A DNA stretch of 64,000 bases from Chrysiogenales bacterium. GTDB lineage: Bacteria; Acidobacteriota; Aminicenantia; UBA2199. Under the pieces are notes generated by a model. That model had not been told where the DNA came from and ran no database searches. It saw only the letters and a program-made list of their open reading frames with translations. Shown in pieces: positions 11,240 through 21,029 of this stretch. Made by a program: the position numbers and the translations under genes. The stretch is taken from assembly GCA_963700535.1 (NCBI GenBank), contig CAVOXU010000014.1, positions 176,733-240,732 on the forward strand, written 5' to 3'. How positions within the stretch are numbered: position 1 is the stretch's first letter; each line of letters starts with the position of its first letter.

Positions 11240-13337
11240 ATGAAGAGAAAGCCGGTTTTTCTTTTTTGGGCAGCATGGGGGTTTTGGCTCCTCCTCCTTG
11301 TTCCGGCCAACGGCCAGGCAGGCGAGACGGCCGGCAATGTCCTGCTGATCACCCTGGACACGACCCGGGCCGATCATATCGGCGTTTATGGGGTGAGGCC
11401 GAAATTGACTCCCAATATCGACCGCCTGGCCGGGCGCGGCTCGGTTTTTACCCGTGCTTTCTCGCATACGCCCCTGACCCTGCCCGCGCATGCCAATATC
11501 CTGACCGGCCATACACCCTTGTATCACGGCGTTGCCGACAATAACGGCTACCGTCTTGACAAGCGTTTTTTCACCCTGGCCGAACAGCTGCGGGGTCAAG
11601 GTTATGCCACGGCGGCATTTGTCAGTTCTTTTGTGCTGAGCCGGGCTGTGGGGCTCGACCAGGGATTCGATCTTTATCGTGAACCTTTGAACCAGGACAC
11701 CTTCCTGGCCGCGGAAATCGTCCCCTTGGCGCAGGAATGGATCGCGGGCCAGAAGAGCGAATGGTTTTGCTGGCTGCACTTGTGGGACCCCCATTTTCCC
11801 TATGCTCCGCCCGCGCCCTTCGACAAGCTCTACAGCGCCGATCCCTACGCCGGCGAGATCGCCTACGTTGACGCTGAACTGGGCAAATTGTTTTCATTCC
11901 TGGAAAAATCGGGCCGCCTGGCTTCCACACTGATCATCATAACCGGTGACCACGGTGAAGCCCTTGGTGAACATGGGGAATTCGAGCATGGCTTCTTTGC
12001 CTACAATTCCACGCTCCATATCCCCCTGATCATCTGCCGGCCCGGGGCCCGGGCCGGGACCGTAAAAACCCTTGTCTCCCATGTCGATATTTTCCCCACG
12101 GTTTGCGATATTGTGGGCGGCGCTCCCCGGCCCGGGCTCGCGGGCCGGTCGCTGCTGCCCCTGCTTGATGGCCGGACTGAGGCGGAAAGGCCTGTCTACA
12201 TTGAGTCCAAGGGCCCGTTTTTAAGCAAAGGCTGGGCGCCCCTGGAAGGATTTATTGACGGCAAAGTGAAATATATCGACCTGCCCATCAAAGAGCTTTA
12301 CGATATGGAGCGGGATTTTGGCGAAACCAAGAACATCATTTCCTCGCGCAAGCTTTCCGATCTGAACCGGCAATTGGCGAAATTGAAAAACAAGATGTCG
12401 GGGAAGGAAACGGCGGCGGCGCACCTGACCTTGCCGGCGGAAACATTGCGGCGGCTGCGCTCATTCGGCTACCTGGCCGGGATCAAGGTCGAGAAAAAGG
12501 CGGTTTTCACCCGTGACGATGACTTGAAAACACTGCTGCCCATCCAGAACAAGCTGCGCAGCGCCAACCAGTTGTTCAACCAGAAAAAATATCGCGAAGC
12601 CCGGGAGTTGTACGAGCAGGTGCTCGCCAGCAAGCCGGACGACATCGGCTCCTATGCCCACCTGGCCGACACCCTGCATTATCTGCGCCAGCCGCAGGCC
12701 GCGGTGGATATTTTGCGCCAGGGACTGCAAAGGAAGCCTGACAGCATGGAATTGAAGTCGAAATTGGGTGTATTTTTGACCGAGATCAGCCGCTTTGATG
12801 AAGCCGTGGTTTTGCTCAAAGAGGTTCTGGCCGCTGATGCGGGCGATTCCGCAAATTGGAATTACCTGGGAGTGGCCTTTTTCCGCATGAAGAATTTCGC
12901 CCAGGCCAATGAAGCCTACGAAAAAGCCCTGGCCCTGGATCCGCAAAATGCCATGGTTTACGCCAACCTGGGCGCCTTGTACCTGGCCCGTTTTGCGGCG
13001 GCAAAAGACGAATCCCTGCGCGCCAAGGCCGTCAGCGCTTTCAGCAAGGCCATTGAGTTGGATGCGAAATCGGTCGCGGCCTACAACGGCAGGGGCGCCG
13101 CCAGCAAATTTGCCGGACAGGTTGAAGCGGCGCTCGAGGATTGGCGGAAGGTTTTGGAGTTGCAGCCCGATTTTATCGATGCCTATTTCAATATCGCTGT
13201 CACCTTGATCGCCGCGGGCCGGAAAGCCGAGGCCAACGATTATCTGCAGCGGCTGCAGGACACAGTACCTCAAGCTGCTGTCCACTGCGGACCGCGCCGT
13301 GTTGCGGCGCCTGCTTGCCGCAGCGGCCGGGCAGTGA
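11240..13337 (+). CDS. Membrane-anchored sulfatase-superfamily-TPR protein (paralog 2); apparent frameshift near 13261
   Basis: ORF 11231..13393 contains LLITLDTTRADHIG, SHTPLTLPAH, GDHGEALGEHGEFEH and TPR repeats. Its tail loses sense after LQRLQD. The adjacent frame reads QYLKLLSTADRAVLRRLLAAAAGQ and stops at 13335-13337. Confidence 0.8.
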
Positions 13338-13389
13338 CCGGGGCCGCCTTTGCCTGTCAGCATACAGGGAAAACGGAGTTGAATCAACC

Positions 13390-15510
13390 ATGAACAAAAA
13401 AAAATTGTTGGTCATCGTGCTGTTGCTGCTGGTGGTCAGCGGTCTTTTTGTTCTGCTGCGCCGCGGCGGAACCGGGCCGGCCTGGAATGTTCTCATCATC
13501 ACCCTGGACACGACCCGGGCCGATCATATCGGGGCTTATGGCTATAAAACGGCCCAAACGCCAAATATCGATCTCCTGGCCGGGCAGGGTATCCGCTTTG
13601 AGAACGGCTACGCCGCCGTGCCTTTGACGCTGCCCTCGCACGCCTCTCTTTTCACCGGCCGCTATCCAATCGCCAACAACGTGCGCAACAACGGCAGTTA
13701 TTTTCTGCCCGAGAACGAAGTCACCCTGGCCGAAGTTTTAAGAGACAGGGGTTACGATACGCGGGCGGTCATCGCCTCATTTGTCCTGCTGTCCAAATTC
13801 GGGGTCAACCAGGGCTTTTCACTCTACGACGACAGCCTGGATACCCACGAAATGATCCGCAACTACAAATCGGAGATCCCGGCCGAACTGGTCCATGAAA
13901 AGTTCAGCGCCTGGCTGGGGCAGAACAACAAACCTTTCTTTTACTGGCTGCATTTTTACGACCCGCACACCCCTTACCGGCCGCCCCTGGAATTCGCCAA
14001 GCGCTTCCCCAAGGGCAGCAAGGGGCTGTACGACGGTGAGATCGCTTATACCGATGTCTGGGTGGGGCGCGTTATCCAGGACCTGCGCCGGCGCGGACTG
14101 CTGGAGCGCACCCTGGTCATTATCGCCGCTGACCATGGCGAAGCCTTCGGCGAACATGTGGAACAGGGCCACGGCATCTTTTGCTACGAGGAGGCCCTGA
14201 AGGTGCCGCTTATCTTTTACGCTCCCAAACTTTTTGGCAAGGCCAGGACAACGGCTGCCAGGGTGGGGCTGGTCGATGTCATGCCCACGGTGCTGGACCT
14301 GCTTGGATTTGAGATCCCGCGGGCGGTACAGGGCCGCAGTTTCCTCTCCCTGCTCAAAGGCGGCTCCGAAAAAGAAGAGCGGACATTTTATTTCGAAAGC
14401 CTGTACGGTCGCGAAGAGATGAACTGGGCGCCGCTGACCGGGTTGCTGCACAAGGATTACAAATACATTTCGCTGCCCGATGCCGAACTGTATGACCTGG
14501 GCGTTGATCGCAATGAAAAGCAAAACCTGTTATTGCGCAAAAACATCGTGGCCCGGGACATGGACAAACGCCTGGCCAGGTTCATTGCCGACCATTCACA
14601 GAGCAGTGGCGAGACAAAACGAGAACTGAGCGCCGGCGACAAGGAGCAGCTGCAGGCGCTCGGTTACATATCGGCCTTTTCCAGCCAGGCGGCAACAGCC
14701 ATCGATCCCAAGCAAGGCGTGCTGATCGACGCGCGCCTGAAGGAGATCAGCCAGTTGCTCAGCCAGAAAAAAACAGCGGCGGCGGAAAGCGGCCTGCAGC
14801 AGCTGCTGGCCGAAAATCCCGGTCTGAAGATGCCGCATGTTTTCAATCTGCAATACAAGATATTCATGTCCAAGCGCAACTTCAACGCGGCCTTGAATAT
14901 CCTGAAACAGGCGATCGACACTTTTCCGGATGTAGAAAACTTCAAACAGACCCTGGCCCTGGCTTTGTTTGACATGAAAATATATGACAAGGCCGAAAGC
15001 CGCTGCCGCGAGATCCTGGCTAAAAACCCGCGCAATACCCGGGCCACGATTTTGTTGGGCGAGATCAGGGAGAAGCAGGATCGCCCCGCCGCCGCGGCCG
15101 AATATTTCGCCAAGGCGCTGGACCTAGAACCGCAGAACGTGTCCCTGCGCATCAAGTACGCCGAATTGCTGATCACCATAAAAAAGTACGATCAGGCTGT
15201 GCAGGCCTACAAGCAACTGCTGGAAAATGAAGAGGCCTCCGGCCAGCCCGAACTGCTCCTCAAGGTGGCATTGCTTAACACGCGCTATGGGAGCCTGGCC
15301 GATGCCGAGCAGATGCTGGCCCGGGCCGCAGCCATTAAGCCGGAGGGGAAATACTTCTTCAATTATGCCCTGGTCCTGGCCAGGAACGGCAAGCTGGAAC
15401 AGGCTCTGGCCAATATGGAGACCGCTCTCCAAGGTCATGCCGCCGAACTCAGCGTCGAACAATTAAAGATTGCCGAAAAAGCATTGGCTGCCTGGAAAGG
15501 AAATATCTGA
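13390..15510 (+). CDS. Membrane-anchored sulfatase-superfamily-TPR protein (paralog 3)
   Basis: The internal ATG of ORF 13141..15510 begins MNKKKLLVIVLLLLVVSGLFVLL (a TM helix). Downstream motifs are LIITLDTTRADHIG, AAVPLTLPSH and ADHGEAFGEHVEQGH. The C-terminal half is TPR. Confidence 0.85.
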   Translation: MNKKKLLVIVLLLLVVSGLFVLLRRGGTGPAWNVLIITLDTTRADHIGAYGYKTAQTPNIDLLAGQGIRFENGYAAVPLTLPSHASLFTGRYPIANNVRNNGSYFLPENEVTLAEVLRDRGYDTRAVIASFVLLSKFGVNQGFSLYDDSLDTHEMIRNYKSEIPAELVHEKFSAWLGQNNKPFFYWLHFYDPHTPYRPPLEFAKRFPKGSKGLYDGEIAYTDVWVGRVIQDLRRRGLLERTLVIIAADHGEAFGEHVEQGHGIFCYEEALKVPLIFYAPKLFGKARTTAARVGLVDVMPTVLDLLGFEIPRAVQGRSFLSLLKGGSEKEERTFYFESLYGREEMNWAPLTGLLHKDYKYISLPDAELYDLGVDRNEKQNLLLRKNIVARDMDKRLARFIADHSQSSGETKRELSAGDKEQLQALGYISAFSSQAATAIDPKQGVLIDARLKEISQLLSQKKTAAAESGLQQLLAENPGLKMPHVFNLQYKIFMSKRNFNAALNILKQAIDTFPDVENFKQTLALALFDMKIYDKAESRCREILAKNPRNTRATILLGEIREKQDRPAAAAEYFAKALDLEPQNVSLRIKYAELLITIKKYDQAVQAYKQLLENEEASGQPELLLKVALLNTRYGSLADAEQMLARAAAIKPEGKYFFNYALVLARNGKLEQALANMETALQGHAAELSVEQLKIAEKALAAWKGNI

Positions 15511-15544
15511 TCCCGGCGTTACAATCCTGAAAAAAATTGAATTT

Positions 15545-15579
15545 AAAAAAGCAGGGACAGGCTTGAAACCTGTCCCTGC
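15545..15579 (-). terminator. Rho-independent terminator of the FecR-like gene (the hairpin is also REP-like)
   Basis: An 11-bp stem (gcagggacagg / cctgtccctgc) is followed on the minus strand by T6. Confidence 0.7.
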
Positions 15580-15595
15580 ACGTGATCCTAGAAAG

Positions 15596-17674
15596 CTATT
15601 TTTTCTTTACCGCGGTTCCGTTTGAACTTTGCGAAGAAGATGACGCCGTGCTGCGGGAAGCGGTCGAAGCAGAGGAGCCGGAGCGGTAGGAACTGCCGGA
15701 TCTGGATGACTGGCCGCTGCTGGTCGGGGAATATGATCTCGCGGTTGAACTGTTTTTGTAGCCAAGGCTGGCGGTTGAGGCCGGTGCCCGGTAACGGGTG
15801 CTGTAACTGGGGGAGGAAGCGGCCAGGCCGGACCTTGCCTGGGCGGGGGCCCTGAATGTCGAATAAGCCGATGCCGCGGTCGCGGTCTTGAATTTTGATT
15901 CATAAACCCGGCTGGAATAGCGGTAGGTTTTGCTGCCACTCGCAGAATATCTGCTCTGGGCACGGGCGTAAGGTGCGGCAGCAGCCGTCTCACCACTCGA
16001 ATTTTTATAACTGTTGCTAGACAAATATCCGGGCTCGCCCTTTTTCTTTTTTTTCGCAGTGCCGGAACTGCTGCTGGATGAAGAAGAAGATGAGGATTTG
16101 GTTTTGCTGGCGCTGCCGGATTTGCTGCGGTAGCTACTGGTTTTCCCTGAAGATTTCTCGCCGCTGGAGCCCGAGGAAGAAACACGGGTGCTGGTGCCAT
16201 TGCCTGAGGCACTGCCGCTCTTGTACCTGGTATAGGTGCCGCTTGAGGATTGGCTGGAACTCTCACCGCTCTTCTTCTTGTAGGTGCCTCCGATTTTGCT
16301 GCCGCTGCTTGAGCCATCGTATCTGTACACGGTGTTTTTGCCGCTCGCGGCTTCACCGCTGGATGTCCGGTATTTGTCGGTGCTGACAATGCCGCTCTGC
16401 TTGTAAGTCACGGACTTGCCATTGGCGTTGATGACCGTGACCTTGTTCAGGACCGGCCGGTCAGTGGGCGCTGTGCCCCGGTAGGCGATGATCTGGCCGG
16501 AATTCTGTCCCAGCGTGCCTTTTTTCAGGGCTACGCGCTGCGCGTTGGCGGACGAGAGTTCGTTTTTGCGGATGATGATGGTGGAACGCGAATGGTGGGG
16601 GATGCCGCGGCGGTAATCGTAATGGCGGTCCCAGCGATTGTTGATGATGACGACCGGCCGGTTCCACCAGCTGAGCGGGCTCCAGCCGTAATAATGGTCG
16701 TTGCCGAACCAGGACACCCAGGCCGGTGACCAATGGTAGCCGGGGAGCCAGTGCCAGCCGAAAGAATAACTCCAGTGCCAGCGGCCGTAGTGGTGGGTGA
16801 ACCAGCCGCAGTTGTCGTAGGATATCCAGGTGTAACCGTAATAAGGATTCCACACCCAGCGTCCGTTGGCGTAAGGCATCCAGTTGGAATGGGTATTGTA
16901 GGGTATCCAGGCATAAGAGCGGAATTCGGGCATGTAGGACCAGCGTCCTGAACGGGACATTTCGTATTCGGTGTCTTCGTAGCCGTTCTGCAGATATCTG
17001 GAGGTGCCGTAGCGGGCGTAGCTCAGCTTGCTGTTCTGGGCTTCATTCCAGAGGTCGAAATCGTCTTTTTCCGAAGCGTAGAAATAGTAGGGCCTCTCCA
17101 CGATATTGCCGCCGGACATGACGATCTTCTGGTTTTCCCTGACGTTGCGGCTGCTTTCCTGGCCGGCTACCTCGGCGATGCCTTCCATGACCAGCACTTC
17201 GGTTTCGGCGTTCTCGCTGACATTGACGCGATAAATCCCTTTATCCAGTATGAAGATGCCGCAGTCCGGCGTTTGAATTTCAATGCCTTTTTCGTTGTCC
17301 AGGTTTTCAATGTCCAGATAAATGCTGCCCCTTTCCACACGCACATTCAGGTCGGTTTTGCGCAGTTGGGGGATCTTTTCCAGCATGACGATGCTGTCGG
17401 CGTCCAGGCGCAGGTAGTTCAAGCGCCCCAGGTAAATTCCCAGCCGGCCTTCTGTTGTGCCCACCGTATCTTTTTCAAACAAGGGCAGGTTAACGGTCGC
17501 TTCTTCGTTGCCTTCTTCATAGGAACGCTGGACAAAACCTTCGCCATCCACATTCTTGATGCGGACAACCTTGGCGTTGTCATAATATTTGGCTTCATTG
17601 GCTTCCATGGTGTCGGACCAGCAGACTCCTGACAGCAGCAACATGCTCACAATTGCAATCATTGTTTTTTTCAT
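15596..17674 (-). CDS. Secreted FecR-like / DUF6600-like protein with a Trp/Tyr-rich core and a roughly 280-aa Ser-rich low-complexity tail
   Basis: The ORF is 15596..17749. The likely start is MKKTMIAIVSMLLLSGVCWS at 17674, preceded by GAGGAGG. The central region reads RWVWNPYYGYTWISYDNCGWFTHHYGRWHWSYSFGWHWLPGYHWSPAWVSWF. The tail contains SSSSSSSSSSG and a KKKKKG run. Confidence 0.65.
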   Translation of the reverse strand: MKKTMIAIVSMLLLSGVCWSDTMEANEAKYYDNAKVVRIKNVDGEGFVQRSYEEGNEEATVNLPLFEKDTVGTTEGRLGIYLGRLNYLRLDADSIVMLEKIPQLRKTDLNVRVERGSIYLDIENLDNEKGIEIQTPDCGIFILDKGIYRVNVSENAETEVLVMEGIAEVAGQESSRNVRENQKIVMSGGNIVERPYYFYASEKDDFDLWNEAQNSKLSYARYGTSRYLQNGYEDTEYEMSRSGRWSYMPEFRSYAWIPYNTHSNWMPYANGRWVWNPYYGYTWISYDNCGWFTHHYGRWHWSYSFGWHWLPGYHWSPAWVSWFGNDHYYGWSPLSWWNRPVVIINNRWDRHYDYRRGIPHHSRSTIIIRKNELSSANAQRVALKKGTLGQNSGQIIAYRGTAPTDRPVLNKVTVINANGKSVTYKQSGIVSTDKYRTSSGEAASGKNTVYRYDGSSSGSKIGGTYKKKSGESSSQSSSGTYTRYKSGSASGNGTSTRVSSSGSSGEKSSGKTSSYRSKSGSASKTKSSSSSSSSSSSGTAKKKKKGEPGYLSSNSYKNSSGETAAAAPYARAQSRYSASGSKTYRYSSRVYESKFKTATAASAYSTFRAPAQARSGLAASSPSYSTRYRAPASTASLGYKNSSTARSYSPTSSGQSSRSGSSYRSGSSASTASRSTASSSSQSSNGTAVKKK

Positions 17675-17697
17675 GTTGACCTCCTCGATTTTAAGAT

Positions 17698-17714
17698 AGC
17701 ATTTTAATTGCCAA
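17698..17714 (-). promoter_or_regulatory. Possible sigma-54-type promoter
   Basis: On the minus strand, TTGGCAattaaaaTGCT has GG and GC at the correct 12-nt offset. It lies 24 nt upstream of the ATG at 17674. The match is weaker than the one at 8171. Confidence 0.3.
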
Positions 17715-17784
17715 CTCAAGGGAGGCAATTTGTCCTGTTTTTGTGACATGTAGCACCAAAAAACCCGAATTCATGGACATCAAT

Positions 17785-19318
17785 TCAGCTTTGCGCTTGG
17801 CGATTGAAAAGAGTGGTCAAGTGCAACAGGCGGCGGCCGATCTCCGGGGTAAGGGCTCCGGGAGTCAAGCGCCAGCGCCAATTGCCCTCTGCCTGACCAG
17901 GGGTATTCATGCGGAAGCGTTCGTCATAACCCAAAATATCCTGAACCGGGAACAAGGCCAGGCCGGCGATCGATTGCATGGCCAGGCGGATGAAGTGCCA
18001 GTGAAATTCGTCACGGTTGGCTGAGGTTCAAATAGTCCATGACGGCCGATTTCGTCACTTCGCTGCTTTCAGGGCCGTAAAACCAACCGTTGCTGGTGTT
18101 GTTGTCATGGGTGCCGGTATATACCAGGCAGTTGGCGTGGCTGAAATTGTGGGGCAGGTAGGCATTATTGCGCTGACCGTCAAAAGCGAACTGCAGGATC
18201 TTCATGCCGGGAAATCCCAGGTGATCGCGCAGGGCCTCCACTGCCGGCGTAAGCTCGCCAAGGTCTTCGGCGATAAGGGGCAGATCTCCCATTTCGTTTT
18301 TCAGGGCAGCAAAGAAAGCCGCTCCCGGACCCTGCTGCCATTGGCCGTCGACCGCGGTCCGGGCCGAGACCGGGATGGCCCAGCAGGTATCGAAGCCGCG
18401 GAAATGATCTATGCGCAAGACGTTTACCATTTGCAGCAAGTGGCGGATACGGGCTGTCCACCAGGCCGAGGTGCCGGGATGCAGCCCTCCATCCTGCCGC
18501 CAGCTGAAAAGCGGGTTTCCCCAGCGCTGGCCGCTGGCACTGAAATAGTCGGGCGGCACGCCGGCCACAACGGCCGGCAAACCGCTGGCCCGGTCCAACT
18601 GGAATATTTCGGGGTGGGACCAGGCATCGGCGCTTTCAAAATTAACGTAGAAGGGAATATCGCCGATGATCTTGATGCCGCGATTGTTGGCGTTTTCTTT
18701 TAGCGCCCGCCACTGCTCAAAAAAAACAAACTGCTCGAACTGTCTCAGCAGTATTGCATCCCTTTTTTCATTTTGCCAGTGCGCAACGGCGGCTGCCTGG
18801 CGGCGGGCGATAGCGGCGGGCCAGGATGTCCACTGAAATGTCTGGAAGTGGTCGGCCAGGGCCCGGAACAGGGAGTAGTCCTCGAGCCAATGTTTTTGTT
18901 CGCTGCAGAAACATGTAAAAGCATCGGTGGGAGCATGGCTGTTCTTATTGAAAAAATGACTGGCCGCCCTGGCCAGCAATTCTGTCTTTTTGGCGGCGGT
19001 ATTTTGCAGGTCGCAAAAATCCGTTCCGGGATCAGCTTCGCATTCCCGCAATTCCACTTCAGAGATCCAGCCCTGGGAATGCAGTGTTTTGGGGCTGATC
19101 AACATTTCGTTGCCGGCGAATGCCGATGGCGAAGAATAGGGGGAAAAATGCCAATGGGAACATACCGGGCCCAAAGGCAGTACCTGCCAGTAGGACTGAC
19201 CGCTGGCGGCCAGGAAATCGACAAAATCGGCCGCCTCCTCTCCCATGGTACCGCAACCGTAAGGGCCGGGCAGGGAAGTGACATGAAGCAGCAGGCCGCT
19301 GGCGCGCTCAATGGTCAT
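17785..19318 (-). CDS. malQ: 4-alpha-glucanotransferase (amylomaltase); apparent frameshift near 18010
   Basis: ORF 18011..19318 contains SGLLLHVTSLPGPYGCGTMG and GDIPFYVNFESADAW. ORF 17785..17979 carries the C-terminal PVQDILGYDERFRMNTPGQAEGNWRWRL. Confidence 0.9.
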
Positions 19319-19362
19319 GGCTTCCTTCCTTCATTTTCCGGGACAGGCTCAGGTGCCGGAGC

Positions 19363-20535
19363 TCAACTGAATTCCTCAAGTTCTTTGCCGATATTTTCAT
19401 TGTACATGATGGTGCGGTTGCGCCCCGACTCCTTGGCAAAATATAATGATTTATCGGCATGGTTCAAAATCTCCTCGGCGGTCAGTCCGTGCTCGGGGTA
19501 GGTGGCCAGACCGATGGAAATGGTGATCTTTTTATGCGGCTGGGTCTCGGCGCCGGGGAACGTCTGCTTTTCAACACTTTCGCGCAGCCTTTCTGCGGCC
19601 AGGTAGGCGCCGACCTTGTCGGTCTGGGGCAGGATAATCACGAATTCATCGCCGCCGTACTTGGCCAGCAGGTCGGTGGAGCGGAATTTCTTTTTCATGA
19701 TGGCGCCGATCGCTTTCAAGGTCTGGGAACCGCGCAGGTGGCCATTGCTGTCATTGAAATTCTTGAAATGGTCGACATCGAAAATTATCAAAGAATAACT
19801 CAGGTTGTGGCGCTGTGATTTTTTGTTCTCCAGGTCCATGAGCTCAAAGAAATGCATCTGGTTGTACAGGCCGGTAAGTCCGTCACTAATGGAAAGCTCC
19901 CTGGTCTGCTGCAGCAGATTCTTGAGCAGTTCTTCATTGTGGCGCAGATTTTTGGAAAGGTAACCGGAGACGAAATAGGCGAAGATGAACATGAAGTCGA
20001 AAGCCAGCATGCTCATGATCTGCTGGCTGGAAAAAAAGTCCTGGCTGTCCTGCAGCAAGCCTATGGCCAGGAGCAGGAATATGGCCTTCAGGGTGTTGCG
20101 GAAAGCCTTGTGGTAATCTATAAGGAAAGTAGAGATCATTATGTAAACAATGAACATGGCAATGATCGGGCTATTGAGGGCGCCGGAAAAAAATACGGTT
20201 AAAGCCAGGGCCACCAGGTCAAAATCGAGTTGAAGTGAAACCAGGCGCAGCAGCTTGTTGTAATCCGGCAGGCCGTCGCCCAATTTTTCCTTTTTGCGGA
20301 TATCCAGAATGAAAAGCAAATTGACGATGACCGGCAGCAGAAAAACCAGCAGCGCGTCCCGGGGACTGATCAGCGAGCGCCGGGCCAGAAAGCGGTAGGC
20401 CAGGAAAAAGGTTACGATGAAAAGGGGGTATATCCAGCGGATGCGGACCAGCCAGTGGTTTTTCCCGAACATGTGTTTCAGAGCCAGGATATCGGGGTGT
20501 AGAAGCTCGGGCTGCGGATCTTCCTGATTTTCCAT
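19363..20535 (-). CDS. Membrane-bound diguanylate cyclase (multi-TM N-terminus plus GGDEF domain)
   Basis: Motifs are DGLTGLYNQMHFFE, DVDHFKNFNDSNGH and an intact GGDEF in AKYGGDEFVIILP. Confidence 0.9.
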   Translation of the reverse strand: MENQEDPQPELLHPDILALKHMFGKNHWLVRIRWIYPLFIVTFFLAYRFLARRSLISPRDALLVFLLPVIVNLLFILDIRKKEKLGDGLPDYNKLLRLVSLQLDFDLVALALTVFFSGALNSPIIAMFIVYIMISTFLIDYHKAFRNTLKAIFLLLAIGLLQDSQDFFSSQQIMSMLAFDFMFIFAYFVSGYLSKNLRHNEELLKNLLQQTRELSISDGLTGLYNQMHFFELMDLENKKSQRHNLSYSLIIFDVDHFKNFNDSNGHLRGSQTLKAIGAIMKKKFRSTDLLAKYGGDEFVIILPQTDKVGAYLAAERLRESVEKQTFPGAETQPHKKITISIGLATYPEHGLTAEEILNHADKSLYFAKESGRNRTIMYNENIGKELEEFS

Positions 20536-20642
20536 GCCTATAAAATATTTTTTTTTGTCATAAAAGTCAAATTTTCAGTTGCAGTTGTCTCATTAAAATA
20601 TTAAAATGTTTTTTCTTTGATATTTATTTAAGGAGGAGAAGC

Positions 20643-21029
20643 TTGTATAAAAGAACGCGCTTCTATGATTTTACCTATTACAATTTTATCGGCTCCTGGG
20701 CTTGGATTCTCCATCGACTCGCCGGCCTGGCGCTTATTTTTTACCTGTGCCTGCATATCTGGGTCATCAACAGCCTGACCCATGGTGAGGTCGCCTTCAA
20801 CAATGTAATGGCCTTCCTGAACGGGGTTCCCTTCAAGCTTCTGGAAACCGGATTGTGGGGAGTCATCCTGTTTCATGCCTTCAACGGCGTGCGCATCGTG
20901 ATCATCGATTTTTTCAAGGGCTCCCTGGTGCATAAAAAGCTGTTCATCGTGCTGATCGCCGTGGCTTTTATCCTGTGGGCGCTGGGTTCGTACTTGATTC
21001 TGCAACATGTGCAGTGGAGGGCAGGATGA
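20643..21029 (+). CDS. sdhC: Succinate dehydrogenase / fumarate reductase cytochrome b subunit
   Basis: A TTG start follows AAGGAGG. The protein has three TM helices and the motif HRLAGLALIFYLCLH. It lies in an operon with sdhDAB. Confidence 0.8.
   Translation: MYKRTRFYDFTYYNFIGSWAWILHRLAGLALIFYLCLHIWVINSLTHGEVAFNNVMAFLNGVPFKLLETGLWGVILFHAFNGVRIVIIDFFKGSLVHKKLFIVLIAVAFILWALGSYLILQHVQWRAG

Noticed and set aside
11114-13387. Long minus-strand ORFs (11114..11794 and 12461..13387)
   Set aside because: They are antisense shadows of sulfatase-TPR paralog 2, whose own frame carries the conserved catalytic and TPR motifs.
5841-15510. Annotating the three sulfatase-domain proteins as genuine formylglycine-dependent sulfatases
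   Set aside because: The C/S-x-P-x-R maturation motif is replaced by T-L-P-(A/S)-H in all three, and no anaerobic sulfatase-maturase gene is present in the window.
15607-16389. A 260-aa Pro/Ala/Arg-rich ORF overlapping the Ser-rich tail region
   Set aside because: It is an alternative frame of the same strand across a low-complexity (AGC/GCT-rich) segment. The Ser-rich frame is contiguous with the upstream conserved domains.
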